Source of the DNA: Spirochaetaceae bacterium
GTDB taxonomy: Bacteria; Spirochaetota; Spirochaetia; DSM-27196; Alkalispirochaetaceae
Assembly: GCA_007695175.1 (NCBI GenBank)
Contig: REEH01000143.1
Span: forward strand, 69,152 to 133,151
Reading direction: 5' to 3'
DNA length: 64,000 bases
The notes under the pieces were generated by a model, which was not told the origin of the DNA, searched no databases, and saw nothing but the letters and a program-made list of their open reading frames with translations. Of the stretch, positions 37,231 to 45,861 are shown one piece after another. Each line of letters starts with the position of its first letter. Positions within the stretch are counted from its first letter, which is position 1. Both the position numbers and the translations under genes were made by a program.

Positions 37231-38807
37231 TATTGAGCCTCCTTAATGATGTACTCATCGCTAAAGTGCTTGATGGAGGAGAGCACCGGGTTCGGAGCTG
37301 TATTCCCGAGGCCGCAGAGTGAGCTCGATTTCATCCAGTGCCCTATTTCGGCGATTTTATCCAGGTCCTCCTGCGTTCCTTCTCCGTCCACAAACTTCTG
37401 AACGAGGCGCTTCAACTGGCGACCACCCACCCGACAGGGTACGCACTTGCCGCAGCTCTCTTCCACGGTGAATCCCAGGTAGAAGTTGGCTACCCCTGCC
37501 ATGGAATCGTCCTCGTCCATTACGATCATACCGCCGGAGCCCATCATCGATCCCAGCGCCGTAAGGGACTCGTAATCGATCGGGCTGTCCAGATAATCCG
37601 CGGTGATCATTCCACCGGAGGGTCCACCGGTCTGAACCGCTTTGAACTTTTTGCCCTTGGGAATACCGCCTCCGATATTGAAGATGATATCCCGCAGGGT
37701 GATGCCCATGGGTACTTCGATCAGGCCGGAGTTGTTGATTTTTCCGGTGAGCGCGAAAACTTTCGTTCCCTTGGACGTCTCGGAACCGATCGAGGCAAAC
37801 CAGTCTCCCCCGCGTGTCATGATCACGGGGATATTGGCCAGAGTCTCCACGTTGTTGATTACCGTGGGCTTACCCCAGAGTCCCTTCACGGCGGGGTAGG
37901 GTGGACGCTGGTTGGGCATACCGCGACGGCCCTCCACGGACATGAGAAGCGCCGTCTCCTCGCCGCACACGAATGCACCGGCGCCGAGGCGGATCTCGAT
38001 CTCGAAGTTGAAGCCGCTTCCAAAGATGTCCTCACCCAGGAGTCCCCGTTCGGTGGCCTCCATTATGGCGTGCTGCAGCCGCTTGATCGCCAGGGGATAC
38101 TCCGCACGGATGTAGATGTAGCCCTTGGAAGCACCCACCGTACAGCCTGCGATCGCCATCGCTTCCAGGATGGAGTGGGGATCACCCTCGAGAATGCTGC
38201 GATCCATATAGGCGCCGGGGTCTCCCTCGTCGGCGTTGCACACGATATATTTCTGCGTGGCCTTTGTGTCCTTCGTGAAAGCCCATTTTCGGGCCGTAGG
38301 ATACCCCGCTCCGCCGCGTCCCCGGAGACCCGATTTCTCGAGTTCCCTGATAACGCCATCAGGTTTGAGGTCAAAAAGCGCCTTGGCAAGTCCCTCGTAC
38401 CCGCTGCGGGCGATATACTCTTCAATATTTTCCGGATCGATGAAGCCGCAGTTGCGCAGAACGATCCTGACCTGTTTCTGGTAGAAGGAGATCTGGTCCG
38501 TCGTTTCCACCACGGCGGCCTTTTCCTTGTACTGGAGTCTGTCTATGGGGCGTCCCTTGTTAAGGTGCTCCTCCACGATCTCGTCCGCGTCGCGCGGTAC
38601 TACCTGGACGTAGAATGATTCGTCCGGGAGAACTTTAACGATCGGGCCCTGCTCACAGAAACCGAAACAGCCGGTCTTTACGACCTGCACCTGGTCCTCA
38701 AGTTTCTTCTCGCTCACCCCGGCCTGAATGCGCTTGTAGATCTCGTCGGCTTTGCTCGATTCACAAGCCGTGCCCCCGCAAATGAGGCAGTATGTTGAAT
38801 ATGCCAT
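37230..38807 (-). CDS. NuoF-family flavoprotein subunit (FdsB-like; NAD(H)/FMN/4Fe-4S)
   Basis: NuoF signatures: GRGGAGYPT, FKAVQTGGPSGG, CGKCVPCR. N-terminal thioredoxin-like CLICGGTAC. ATG 38807 with GGGAGG at 6-nt spacing. Confidence 0.85.
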   Translation of the reverse strand: MAYSTYCLICGGTACESSKADEIYKRIQAGVSEKKLEDQVQVVKTGCFGFCEQGPIVKVLPDESFYVQVVPRDADEIVEEHLNKGRPIDRLQYKEKAAVVETTDQISFYQKQVRIVLRNCGFIDPENIEEYIARSGYEGLAKALFDLKPDGVIRELEKSGLRGRGGAGYPTARKWAFTKDTKATQKYIVCNADEGDPGAYMDRSILEGDPHSILEAMAIAGCTVGASKGYIYIRAEYPLAIKRLQHAIMEATERGLLGEDIFGSGFNFEIEIRLGAGAFVCGEETALLMSVEGRRGMPNQRPPYPAVKGLWGKPTVINNVETLANIPVIMTRGGDWFASIGSETSKGTKVFALTGKINNSGLIEVPMGITLRDIIFNIGGGIPKGKKFKAVQTGGPSGGMITADYLDSPIDYESLTALGSMMGSGGMIVMDEDDSMAGVANFYLGFTVEESCGKCVPCRVGGRQLKRLVQKFVDGEGTQEDLDKIAEIGHWMKSSSLCGLGNTAPNPVLSSIKHFSDEYIIKEAQ

Positions 38808-39202
38808 CACTGACCTCCCTGGATGTCGGCGGCGGGGCGGTCGACGATGTGTCCGTCCAGCAGGCGCCCTTCCTTGAGATGAACCTGCACGATTTCCCGT
38901 GCTACGGCATCGTCCACCCGGCCGTAGATAACGGTGGGCATGCCCTCTTTGTGTACTTCCACGATGGGTTCCATGCTCTCCAGACCCATGCTGCCGGTCT
39001 GGCGCACAGGTATATCCGTGAGGTTCTGCTCTTCCAGCGCTTCCACGAGCGCCGCCAATGTCTTTTTTGCACCTGCTGCGATTCCGCTCGTACCCATGGA
39101 TACGACCAGCCGGGTCGAGCTGCCGCCGGACTCGCGCAGTCCCATCTCAAACTGTTTCTTGTCCCGAACTTTTCTCAGTTCGTCCAGTGTCATCCTGGGC
39201 AT
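38807..39202 (-). CDS. Thioredoxin-like ferredoxin-fold protein lacking Cys ligands (NuoE-C-terminal-like)
   Basis: 131 aa, no cysteine at all; position and size match the extra 2Fe-2S module of bifurcating enzymes, but ligands are absent. Confidence 0.4.
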   Translation of the reverse strand: MPRMTLDELRKVRDKKQFEMGLRESGGSSTRLVVSMGTSGIAAGAKKTLAALVEALEEQNLTDIPVRQTGSMGLESMEPIVEVHKEGMPTVIYGRVDDAVAREIVQVHLKEGRLLDGHIVDRPAADIQGGQ

Positions 39203-39684
39203 TACGCACCCTCCTGGTAATTATCCAACATCTCCTGCACCTTCTCAGGAGTCAACTTGCCGTACAGGTCCTCATCAACGAGCACCGCCGGAGCGAGACC
39301 GCAGCAACCAACGCAGCGCACTTCCAGCAGCGAAAACTGCTTGTCCTCGGTTACCTCGTTGACGCCTACCTTCAGCGTCGTGGAGAGTTCCTCCGTCAGT
39401 GCCGGCGCTCCTTTGAGGTAACAGGCGGTTCCCATGCAGACCGCGATCCGGTGCTTGCCCGGAGGCGTAAGGTTGAAGAAGTTGTAGAACGTTGCCACGC
39501 CGTAGATCTGCGCAAGGGACAGGTCCGCCAAGCGGGCCACCTCGTCGACAACCGGTTCCGGGAGATACTTGTAATGCTGCTGCACCCGGTGCAATATCAT
39601 TATGAGATTGCCCGGTCGATGTTTCCATTCCAGTATGAACTCGCAGAGCTCATCCGGAAGGGTCGTTCGTGTTTCAACTGCCAT
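39202..39684 (-). CDS. NuoE-family 2Fe-2S subunit (FdsG-like)
   Basis: CMGTACYLKG...CVGCCGLAP (NuoE four-Cys pattern); AAGGAG RBS; first gene of the operon. Confidence 0.8.
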   Translation of the reverse strand: MAVETRTTLPDELCEFILEWKHRPGNLIMILHRVQQHYKYLPEPVVDEVARLADLSLAQIYGVATFYNFFNLTPPGKHRIAVCMGTACYLKGAPALTEELSTTLKVGVNEVTEDKQFSLLEVRCVGCCGLAPAVLVDEDLYGKLTPEKVQEMLDNYQEGA

Positions 39685-39939
39685 GGCTTGCTCCTTTCAG
39701 TGTGTCTTTATAGTGATTGAATTCACAAGAAATTGTCAATAGATTTTTATAGTCTAGGCGTCGGAACTAATAAAATCCGATTGTGTTTTTTTAGGACCAG
39801 TCGGAAGGTTAGAAGCGCCATTCGTGGCATAAATTATACGGTACTTCCGGTGATGCCGCAACCGAAAAAAACGACCACTCCGCTCATCTACTTTACATGC
39901 CTCATGGCACGGGTGTTATACTCCGCCTGGAGTAACCTG

Positions 39940-41136
39940 ATGAAACCTCACACATCCCTGTCTCCCGAATCGGCTCTGGAGCGTATCACCTCTGATCTGG
40001 AGCCCTTGCCGGTGGAAGATGTCCCCCTGTCGGAGTGCCTGCATCGCGTTCTGGCGCAGCCTCTCCCGGCTCGGCTCGAGGATCCGCGGTTCGACAAGTC
40101 CGCCGTGGACGGAATCGGCCTGCGCCGGGAGGATTCCTCCCCGGAATTCGTCCTTGTGGGGGAGATCGCGGCCGGTGACAGCGGTGACTACACCCTCGAG
40201 CCGGGCCAGGCGGTACGAATCATGACGGGAGCTCGCGTGCCGCCGGAGGTGGGACGGGTTATCAAATTCGAGAATTGTCGGATCGAGGGAAACCGGGCGC
40301 GGATCATCGAGCCGGAACGCATCACGAACATCGCTCGCCGAGGGGAGTGTATCCGGGCCGGCGAGCCGCTGCTTTCCCCGCGCCGGCTCACTCCTCCTGA
40401 TGTGGGCGTCCTCGCCTCACAGGGGTATTCGCGCATCCCCGTCCGCGCCGTACCGCGAGTGGCCGTCATCGCCACGGGTGACGAAATCCACCCTGCCGGC
40501 AAGGACCTGCCCGTAGCCGGGATTTATGACAGCAACAGCTTTCAACTCAGTGCGTTTGCCCGGGACGCCCACGCGTCCGTTTCCAACCTGGGTATAGTCG
40601 GGGACGATCTCGACCGGATACGCGACACCCTGGCGGGAGCGGCGGCGGAGCACGATGTGGTTATCCTCTCCGGCGGTGTCTCCATGGGAGACCTTGATTT
40701 CGTGCCGGAAGCTCTGGCGGCGATCGGAGCTGAAACGGTTTTCCACGGCCTGGCCATGAAGCCGGGACGGCCGACGCTGTATGCCCTCTTGAAGCAGGGA
40801 CGGAGGACAACGCGTTTCTTCGGACTTCCCGGCAATCCGGTCTCCACGGCCGTGCAGTTTGAGATTCTTGTCCGGCCGACCCTGGAGGCGCTCGGCGGGG
40901 CACCGGCCGCGCCGCGGGAAGCGTGGCTGCCGCTGGCGGATGATTTCATTCGTCGTAACAGCGATCGCTTTGAGTTTCTGCCGGGGATCGTGCATGAGGG
41001 CGCGGTGGCACGGCTTCCCTACACCGGATCGGGGCATATTACCGTCCTGGCGGAAGCGACTCTCTTTTTTCGCGTTGATCGGGGGGTCTCCAATCTGCAA
41101 GCGGGAAGCGAAGTATATGTTCGATTCATTCGGTAG
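39940..41136 (+). CDS. moeA: Molybdopterin molybdotransferase MoeA
   Basis: MoeA motifs GPGQAVRIMTGA and LPGNPVS; start at MKPHTSL (ATG 39940). The listed upstream ORF extension crosses the promoter region. Confidence 0.85.
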   Translation: MKPHTSLSPESALERITSDLEPLPVEDVPLSECLHRVLAQPLPARLEDPRFDKSAVDGIGLRREDSSPEFVLVGEIAAGDSGDYTLEPGQAVRIMTGARVPPEVGRVIKFENCRIEGNRARIIEPERITNIARRGECIRAGEPLLSPRRLTPPDVGVLASQGYSRIPVRAVPRVAVIATGDEIHPAGKDLPVAGIYDSNSFQLSAFARDAHASVSNLGIVGDDLDRIRDTLAGAAAEHDVVILSGGVSMGDLDFVPEALAAIGAETVFHGLAMKPGRPTLYALLKQGRRTTRFFGLPGNPVSTAVQFEILVRPTLEALGGAPAAPREAWLPLADDFIRRNSDRFEFLPGIVHEGAVARLPYTGSGHITVLAEATLFFRVDRGVSNLQAGSEVYVRFIR

Positions 41137-41917
41137 ACGCATCGACTATCTGAGGATTTCCATAACGGATCGCTGCAATCTTCGCTGTACCTACTGCATG
41201 CCCTGCGGCCACTTCCGCCCGCTCGTGCCGCAGCGCATTCTGACGCTGGAAGAGATTCTGGACACGGTGGTTGCCGCGGCTGATCTGGGGATACGGAAGA
41301 TTCGCCTCACCGGGGGAGAACCGCTCGTGCGGCGTGGCGTGGTGGAGCTCGTCCGGTCCATTTCCGCCGTTCCGGGAATCGAGACGGTGGGCATCACCAC
41401 CAACGGGATTCTTCTCGCCCGTTTCGCCCGGGACCTCAAGGAGGCGGGACTCAAGGCGCTCAACGTTTCCCTGGATACGCTCGACCCGGAGCGGTTCCGG
41501 GAAGTGACGCAACGGGGCAGGGTAGAGAGTGTGATCGCGGGAATAGTGGCCGCCCGGGAGGCGGGAATCGAACGGATCAAGGTGAACACCGTGGTGGGGC
41601 CGGAGACGTCGGAGCATGATCTGGCGGCGATCCGCGCTTTCTGCCGGCGGCACGGACTCATACACCAGCGCATCGCCCTCTACAGCCTTGAATCGGACAA
41701 GCATGACAACCACGAATGCGACCGGCCCCTTCCCTGTGAGGAATGCAATCGGATCCGACTTCTCTCCACGGGACTGTTGAAACCGTGCCTGCACTCAAAC
41801 GAGGAGGTGCAACTGGATCTGGCGAATCCGGCGGAGAGCCTGCGTCGCACGGTGGCGCTCAAACCGGAGCGGGGCACGGTCTGTACCAATCGCTCCATGA
41901 TCGAGATCGGAGGATAA
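41117..41917 (+). CDS. moaA: GTP 3',8-cyclase MoaA (short form)
   Basis: RISITDRCNLRCTYCMP (CxxxCxxC), LTGGEPL, C-terminal cluster CEECNRIRL...C; 20-nt overlap with moeA. Confidence 0.85.
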   Translation: MFDSFGRRIDYLRISITDRCNLRCTYCMPCGHFRPLVPQRILTLEEILDTVVAAADLGIRKIRLTGGEPLVRRGVVELVRSISAVPGIETVGITTNGILLARFARDLKEAGLKALNVSLDTLDPERFREVTQRGRVESVIAGIVAAREAGIERIKVNTVVGPETSEHDLAAIRAFCRRHGLIHQRIALYSLESDKHDNHECDRPLPCEECNRIRLLSTGLLKPCLHSNEEVQLDLANPAESLRRTVALKPERGTVCTNRSMIEIGG

Positions 41918-41918
41918 G

Positions 41919-42377
41919 ATGGGGGATGAAGTGCTTTCCCACGTGGATGATTCCGGTAAGGCGCGGATGGTGGATGTCTCCGGGAAGCCCTCCGTGAGAC
42001 GGACCGCCGTTGCCCGGGGATTCATTTCCCTCGCCGCTGAAACGGTGGCGCTGGTGCGGGAGAACGGCATCCGCAAAGGTGACGTCCTTACGGTCGCGAA
42101 GCTGGCCGGTATAACGGGTGCGAAGCATACGGCTCTTCTCATTCCGCTCTGTCACCAGATCGGGATCGAGTTTGTTGACGTGCAGATGACCCTTCTGGAG
42201 GAGGGTGTCGCCATTGAGGCGACGGCGCGGTGCACCGATAAGACCGGCATTGAGATGGAGGCCCTGACGGCGGTCTCCGTGGCGGCTCTTACCGTTTACG
42301 ACATGTGCAAGGCCGTGGACAAGCAAATGCGCATCGGGCCGGTGGAACTGGTCCGGAAGACCAAGGAAACGGTCTGA
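41919..42377 (+). CDS. moaC: Cyclic pyranopterin monophosphate synthase MoaC
   Basis: SHVDDSGKARMVDVSGK...LIPLCHQI...YDMCKAVD, canonical MoaC. Confidence 0.9.
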   Translation: MGDEVLSHVDDSGKARMVDVSGKPSVRRTAVARGFISLAAETVALVRENGIRKGDVLTVAKLAGITGAKHTALLIPLCHQIGIEFVDVQMTLLEEGVAIEATARCTDKTGIEMEALTAVSVAALTVYDMCKAVDKQMRIGPVELVRKTKETV

Positions 42378-42838
42378 TGAAGACAATTTCCCTGGTGGGA
42401 TATTCGGACAGCGGCAAGACAACCGTTGCTTCCGCGATTATTGCTGAAGCGACTCGCCGGGGGCTGCGGACCGCAGCCGTCAAGGTGGGTCACCCTGCCG
42501 CGGAAGGCGGCCCGGAGGGAGCGGCGGGTAGGAAAACGCGTGATACCGACCGGCTTCTTCAGGCCGGTGCGGATCCGGTTGCCTTCCGGACGCCCGGGGG
42601 CTGGCAGGTGCAGGTTCACGATCCCGCGCCCCAATCCATGGAGATCCCCCGGTGGCTCCAGGCGATGATGGAGGATGTTGACCTGCTCGTTGTCGAGGGC
42701 CGGCGTATCGCCGGGGCCTTCGTGGTTCAGACCGTTGGTCATGACGGCCGCCGAAAGGTGGAGGATTTTGATCTGCTCATCGAAAACGCGCCGGCGGAAC
42801 CGTTGCCGCCGGAATTACTGGAAGTGATAGGAGGATAA
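42377..42838 (+). CDS. mobB: Molybdopterin-guanine dinucleotide biosynthesis adapter MobB
   Basis: MKTISLVGYSDSGKTT P-loop; TGATG overlap with moaC. Confidence 0.75.
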   Translation: MKTISLVGYSDSGKTTVASAIIAEATRRGLRTAAVKVGHPAAEGGPEGAAGRKTRDTDRLLQAGADPVAFRTPGGWQVQVHDPAPQSMEIPRWLQAMMEDVDLLVVEGRRIAGAFVVQTVGHDGRRKVEDFDLLIENAPAEPLPPELLEVIGG

Positions 42839-42841
42839 GGA

Positions 42842-43042
42842 ATGCGGAATTCAAATCAGCAGCATCGGATAAGTGAACGAAAGGTGGAGCTCAAGGTAGG
42901 AGGATCGCCGGTCGAACTCAACGGGTTCGTGCAGGATCTCTTCCAGGAAGTACTGGTGGGACTGGTGCGCAGCCTGGGGACGGAGGACCCCTCCAAGCGA
43001 ATCGAAGTCCTGATCGACGCCGAACCGCGGGACGTGCGGTAA
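42842..43042 (+). CDS. Small hypothetical protein (66 aa) inside the Moco operon
   Basis: GGAGGATAAGGAATG strong RBS; TAATG coupling to moaD; no recognisable motif. Confidence 0.35.
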   Translation: MRNSNQQHRISERKVELKVGGSPVELNGFVQDLFQEVLVGLVRSLGTEDPSKRIEVLIDAEPRDVR

Positions 43043-43281
43043 TGTCGGTCGCGGTACGTTATTTCGGACCGCTCCTGGATGTAACCGGTCGGGAGGGAGA
43101 GTCGATTGAACTGGAATTGCCCGCCACGGTAGCGCGTATCGAGGAAGAAATTCTCCGGGTTCATCCGGAACTCCGCCAACGGGAGTTTCGTATCGCCGTG
43201 GACGAAACGTTCCGTGAACGCGATGAGGTCGTGGAAGGTGCGCGAGAGGTTGCTCTTCTGCCGGCGTTCTCCGGCGGGTGA
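43042..43281 (+). CDS. moaD: Molybdopterin synthase sulfur-carrier subunit MoaD
   Basis: 79 aa ending in ...FSGG (C-terminal Gly-Gly). Confidence 0.65.
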   Translation: MSVAVRYFGPLLDVTGREGESIELELPATVARIEEEILRVHPELRQREFRIAVDETFRERDEVVEGAREVALLPAFSGG

Positions 43282-43739
43282 GGAGACTCGGTATGAAAAC
43301 TCTCTTTGATGCGACCGAGGTATTCCTTGAAGGTCCGATACCGCCGGAACTGGCCGGGGAATTCCAGGAGCGCTTCCGGGCGGATCATTCCGTCGGTGCT
43401 CATCTCGTTTTCCTCGGACAGGTGCGGGCCGATGAAATCGCTTCCGGCACCGTGACGGGGATCGAGTATTCCGCTCACGAGACGATGGCCCGCACGGCTT
43501 TTGCCGATCTTGTGGAACGGGTTACCTCCGGAAGCGATATCGCGGGCCTCGCGATCCGGCACAGTCTCGGATACGTACCGGCGGGGGGGGCGTCACTCCT
43601 GATTGCCGTTGCCACCGGTCATCGGGAACAAGCCTACGCCCTGTCCCGGGAGCTGCTTGAGGCGATCAAGAGGGAAGTGCCCATTTACGGCAGGGAGATA
43701 ACGAACGGGGATCGTTCGCAGTGGAAGGTCAACCGCTAG
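43278..43739 (+). CDS. moaE: Molybdopterin synthase catalytic subunit MoaE
   Basis: LVFLGQVR...GIEYSAHETMA...ATGHR, MoaE-like. Confidence 0.8.
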   Translation: MRRLGMKTLFDATEVFLEGPIPPELAGEFQERFRADHSVGAHLVFLGQVRADEIASGTVTGIEYSAHETMARTAFADLVERVTSGSDIAGLAIRHSLGYVPAGGASLLIAVATGHREQAYALSRELLEAIKREVPIYGREITNGDRSQWKVNR

Positions 43740-44268
43740 CCGACCTGGGGCGGAATGCTTCTATCACCGCCGGATCGGTCCGCAGCTGAGGACCGCCGAT
43801 GAGCTCAATGGCGTAGGGAACGGCGGGAAAGACTGCCCGCAGGCAGTCCGCTATCGCCGAGGGATTGCCCGGCAGGTTGATCACCAGGGTCCTGCCGCGA
43901 ATCCCGGCGGTCTGTCGTGAGAGGATGGCCGTGGGGACCGATTCCAGTGAAACAGCCCGCATCAACTCACCGAATCCGGGAAGCATCCTGGCGCAGGAGA
44001 GTTCCGTCGCCTCCGGGGTCACATCCCGTGGAGCGGGGCCGGTGCCCCCGGTGGTAATGACCAGGGCGCACTCCTCCCGATCGCAGAGCTCTTCAAGAAC
44101 TCCGCGGATGGCGGGGATCTCGTCCGGCACGACCCGGGCAACTGCCCTCCAGGGGGGTGACAAGGCCTCGCGAAGCCACTTCTCCACGGCAGGGCCGCCA
44201 CGATCAACATATTCCCCGCGGCTCGCACGGTCCGAGACCGTTATTATTCCTATCGGTACGTCCCTCAT
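43729..44268 (-). CDS. mogA: Molybdopterin adenylyltransferase MogA/MoaB family
   Basis: IGIITVSDRAS...VITTGGTGPAPRDVTPEA...INLPGNPSA; ATG 44268 gives the ~179-aa typical size. Confidence 0.7.
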   Translation of the reverse strand: MRDVPIGIITVSDRASRGEYVDRGGPAVEKWLREALSPPWRAVARVVPDEIPAIRGVLEELCDREECALVITTGGTGPAPRDVTPEATELSCARMLPGFGELMRAVSLESVPTAILSRQTAGIRGRTLVINLPGNPSAIADCLRAVFPAVPYAIELIGGPQLRTDPAVIEAFRPRSASG

Positions 44269-44369
44269 GAATCGAGTATGCCGGTTACCGGGCGACTGGT
44301 CCAGTAACGGCTCGCCGGAGGGCCCACCGCTTGTGGGAGACACCCCGATCCCGGTATTCTCCGTTCATC

Positions 44370-45161
44370 ATGAGTTTCCAGCTGCTCCAGGACGTAGAGA
44401 TTATTCGGGTTACGGCGGAGGACGCCGTTACCGAACAGGACGTGGTGGTACCGGAATATGCCCTGCATCTCACCGTGAACGGAGAGGAACTGGCCACGCT
44501 GATGTGTTTCCCTGAAGCCCTGCGGGAGCTGATAACGGGATTTCTCATCGCCGAGGGGCTGGTCCGGGACCTGACGATGATCCGGTCGATCCGCATAGAC
44601 GAGGAACGGGGGGAAGCGTCCGTCACCCTCTCCGGCGAAGCGGAGCTACCCCTGCGTCTGTACGGCAATCGTACGATTCAGGCGGGATGCGGCAGTCCGC
44701 CCCTTTTTCCCCGCACTCTGGAGTCGATTCGCGCCCGCGTGCTTCCCGAAGGTCCCCCCGTCGCGGTTTCCGTTATCATGGATTCCATGCGGGCGTTTCA
44801 GGGGCAGTCCGGCTTGTACGGCCGCACCGGAGGAGTTCACAGCGCAGCCATGGTCCACCGCGGGAAGATTGTGATCTTCCGGGATGATGTGGGACGCCAC
44901 AACGCGGTGGACAAGGTGGCGGGAGAAGCGGCGATGAAGGGGGTGCCCCGGGATGAATGCGTACTCCTCTCCTCGGGGCGCATCTCCTCGGACCTGGTGA
45001 CCAAGGCAGCGGTTCACGGAATCCCGGTGGTGGCTTCCCGTTCCGCTCCGACGGGGCGCGCCGTTGAGATAGCGCGCATGCTGAAACTGGGTCTGGCCGG
45101 GTTTGTCCGGGGAAAACGGATGAACATCTACGCCGGCGCGGAGAGGTTCGTGCTGCCGTGA
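44370..45161 (+). CDS. fdhD: Formate dehydrogenase accessory sulfurtransferase FdhD
   Basis: RDDVGRHNAVDKVAG and the catalytic Cys-region; ATG 44370. Confidence 0.85.
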   Translation: MSFQLLQDVEIIRVTAEDAVTEQDVVVPEYALHLTVNGEELATLMCFPEALRELITGFLIAEGLVRDLTMIRSIRIDEERGEASVTLSGEAELPLRLYGNRTIQAGCGSPPLFPRTLESIRARVLPEGPPVAVSVIMDSMRAFQGQSGLYGRTGGVHSAAMVHRGKIVIFRDDVGRHNAVDKVAGEAAMKGVPRDECVLLSSGRISSDLVTKAAVHGIPVVASRSAPTGRAVEIARMLKLGLAGFVRGKRMNIYAGAERFVLP

Positions 45162-45766
45162 TCCCGCCGGTAAGCGCCGCCATCGTTGCGGGCGGCGCCA
45201 GTTCACGTATGGGTTCTCCCAAGGGATTGCTCGAGTACGACGGGAAGCCCTTTCTCACGCGCATCCTGGACGTACTGGAAACGCTCAGTGAGGATCTGAT
45301 CTGCGTCACGTGCAGACCGGAGGAATATGACTTTGAGAAGCAGCGCCTGCGCTTTGTTCCCGATTATGGTGGTGAACCCCGGGGGCCGCTCTCGGGCATC
45401 ATGGGTGCACTTTCCGCGGCGCGGCACCCCCTCTGTATTGTCGTGGCGGTGGATATGCCTTTTCTTAACGGCCGCGTCCTGGGGTACCTGGCGGAACAGG
45501 CGGAGGGAGTTGACGCGGTCCTGCCCGTGATCGAGGGGGATCGTCTGGAGTGTCTCCATGCGGTGTACCGGGATACCTGTCTCCCCCACGGTGAGGAAGC
45601 CCTTCTTCAGGGACGTCTCCGCGTGTCCCGGTTTCTATCGGATCTGAAGGTTAAGCGCGTGACGGCGGCGGACCTGGGGATGATCGGGGAGGGCACGGGG
45701 AGTTTTGAGAACATCAATACCCCGGAGCAGTGGATCTCCGCCCTGCGGGGGACGGGGCCCGGCTGA
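45158..45766 (+). CDS. mobA: Molybdenum cofactor guanylyltransferase MobA
   Basis: AAIVAGGASSRMG-x-PKGLL and GPLSGI, canonical MobA; overlaps fdhD stop. Confidence 0.8.
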   Translation: MIPPVSAAIVAGGASSRMGSPKGLLEYDGKPFLTRILDVLETLSEDLICVTCRPEEYDFEKQRLRFVPDYGGEPRGPLSGIMGALSAARHPLCIVVAVDMPFLNGRVLGYLAEQAEGVDAVLPVIEGDRLECLHAVYRDTCLPHGEEALLQGRLRVSRFLSDLKVKRVTAADLGMIGEGTGSFENINTPEQWISALRGTGPG

Positions 45767-45861
45767 AAAAACCCGCGCAAAGCGGCGTCACGCATGGCAA
45801 CAACAGGGTGGAAAGTGTTACACTGCCGGAAGTTGGAACTCATCGAGACAAGGGGTCTTTC

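Noticed and set aside
45767-45861. Weak hairpin CCGC-GCAAA-GCGG after mobA as a terminator.
   Set aside because: Only a 4-bp stem with no U-run. The downstream ABC operon on the same strand probably has its own promoter in this gap, but the sequence does not support a terminator call.
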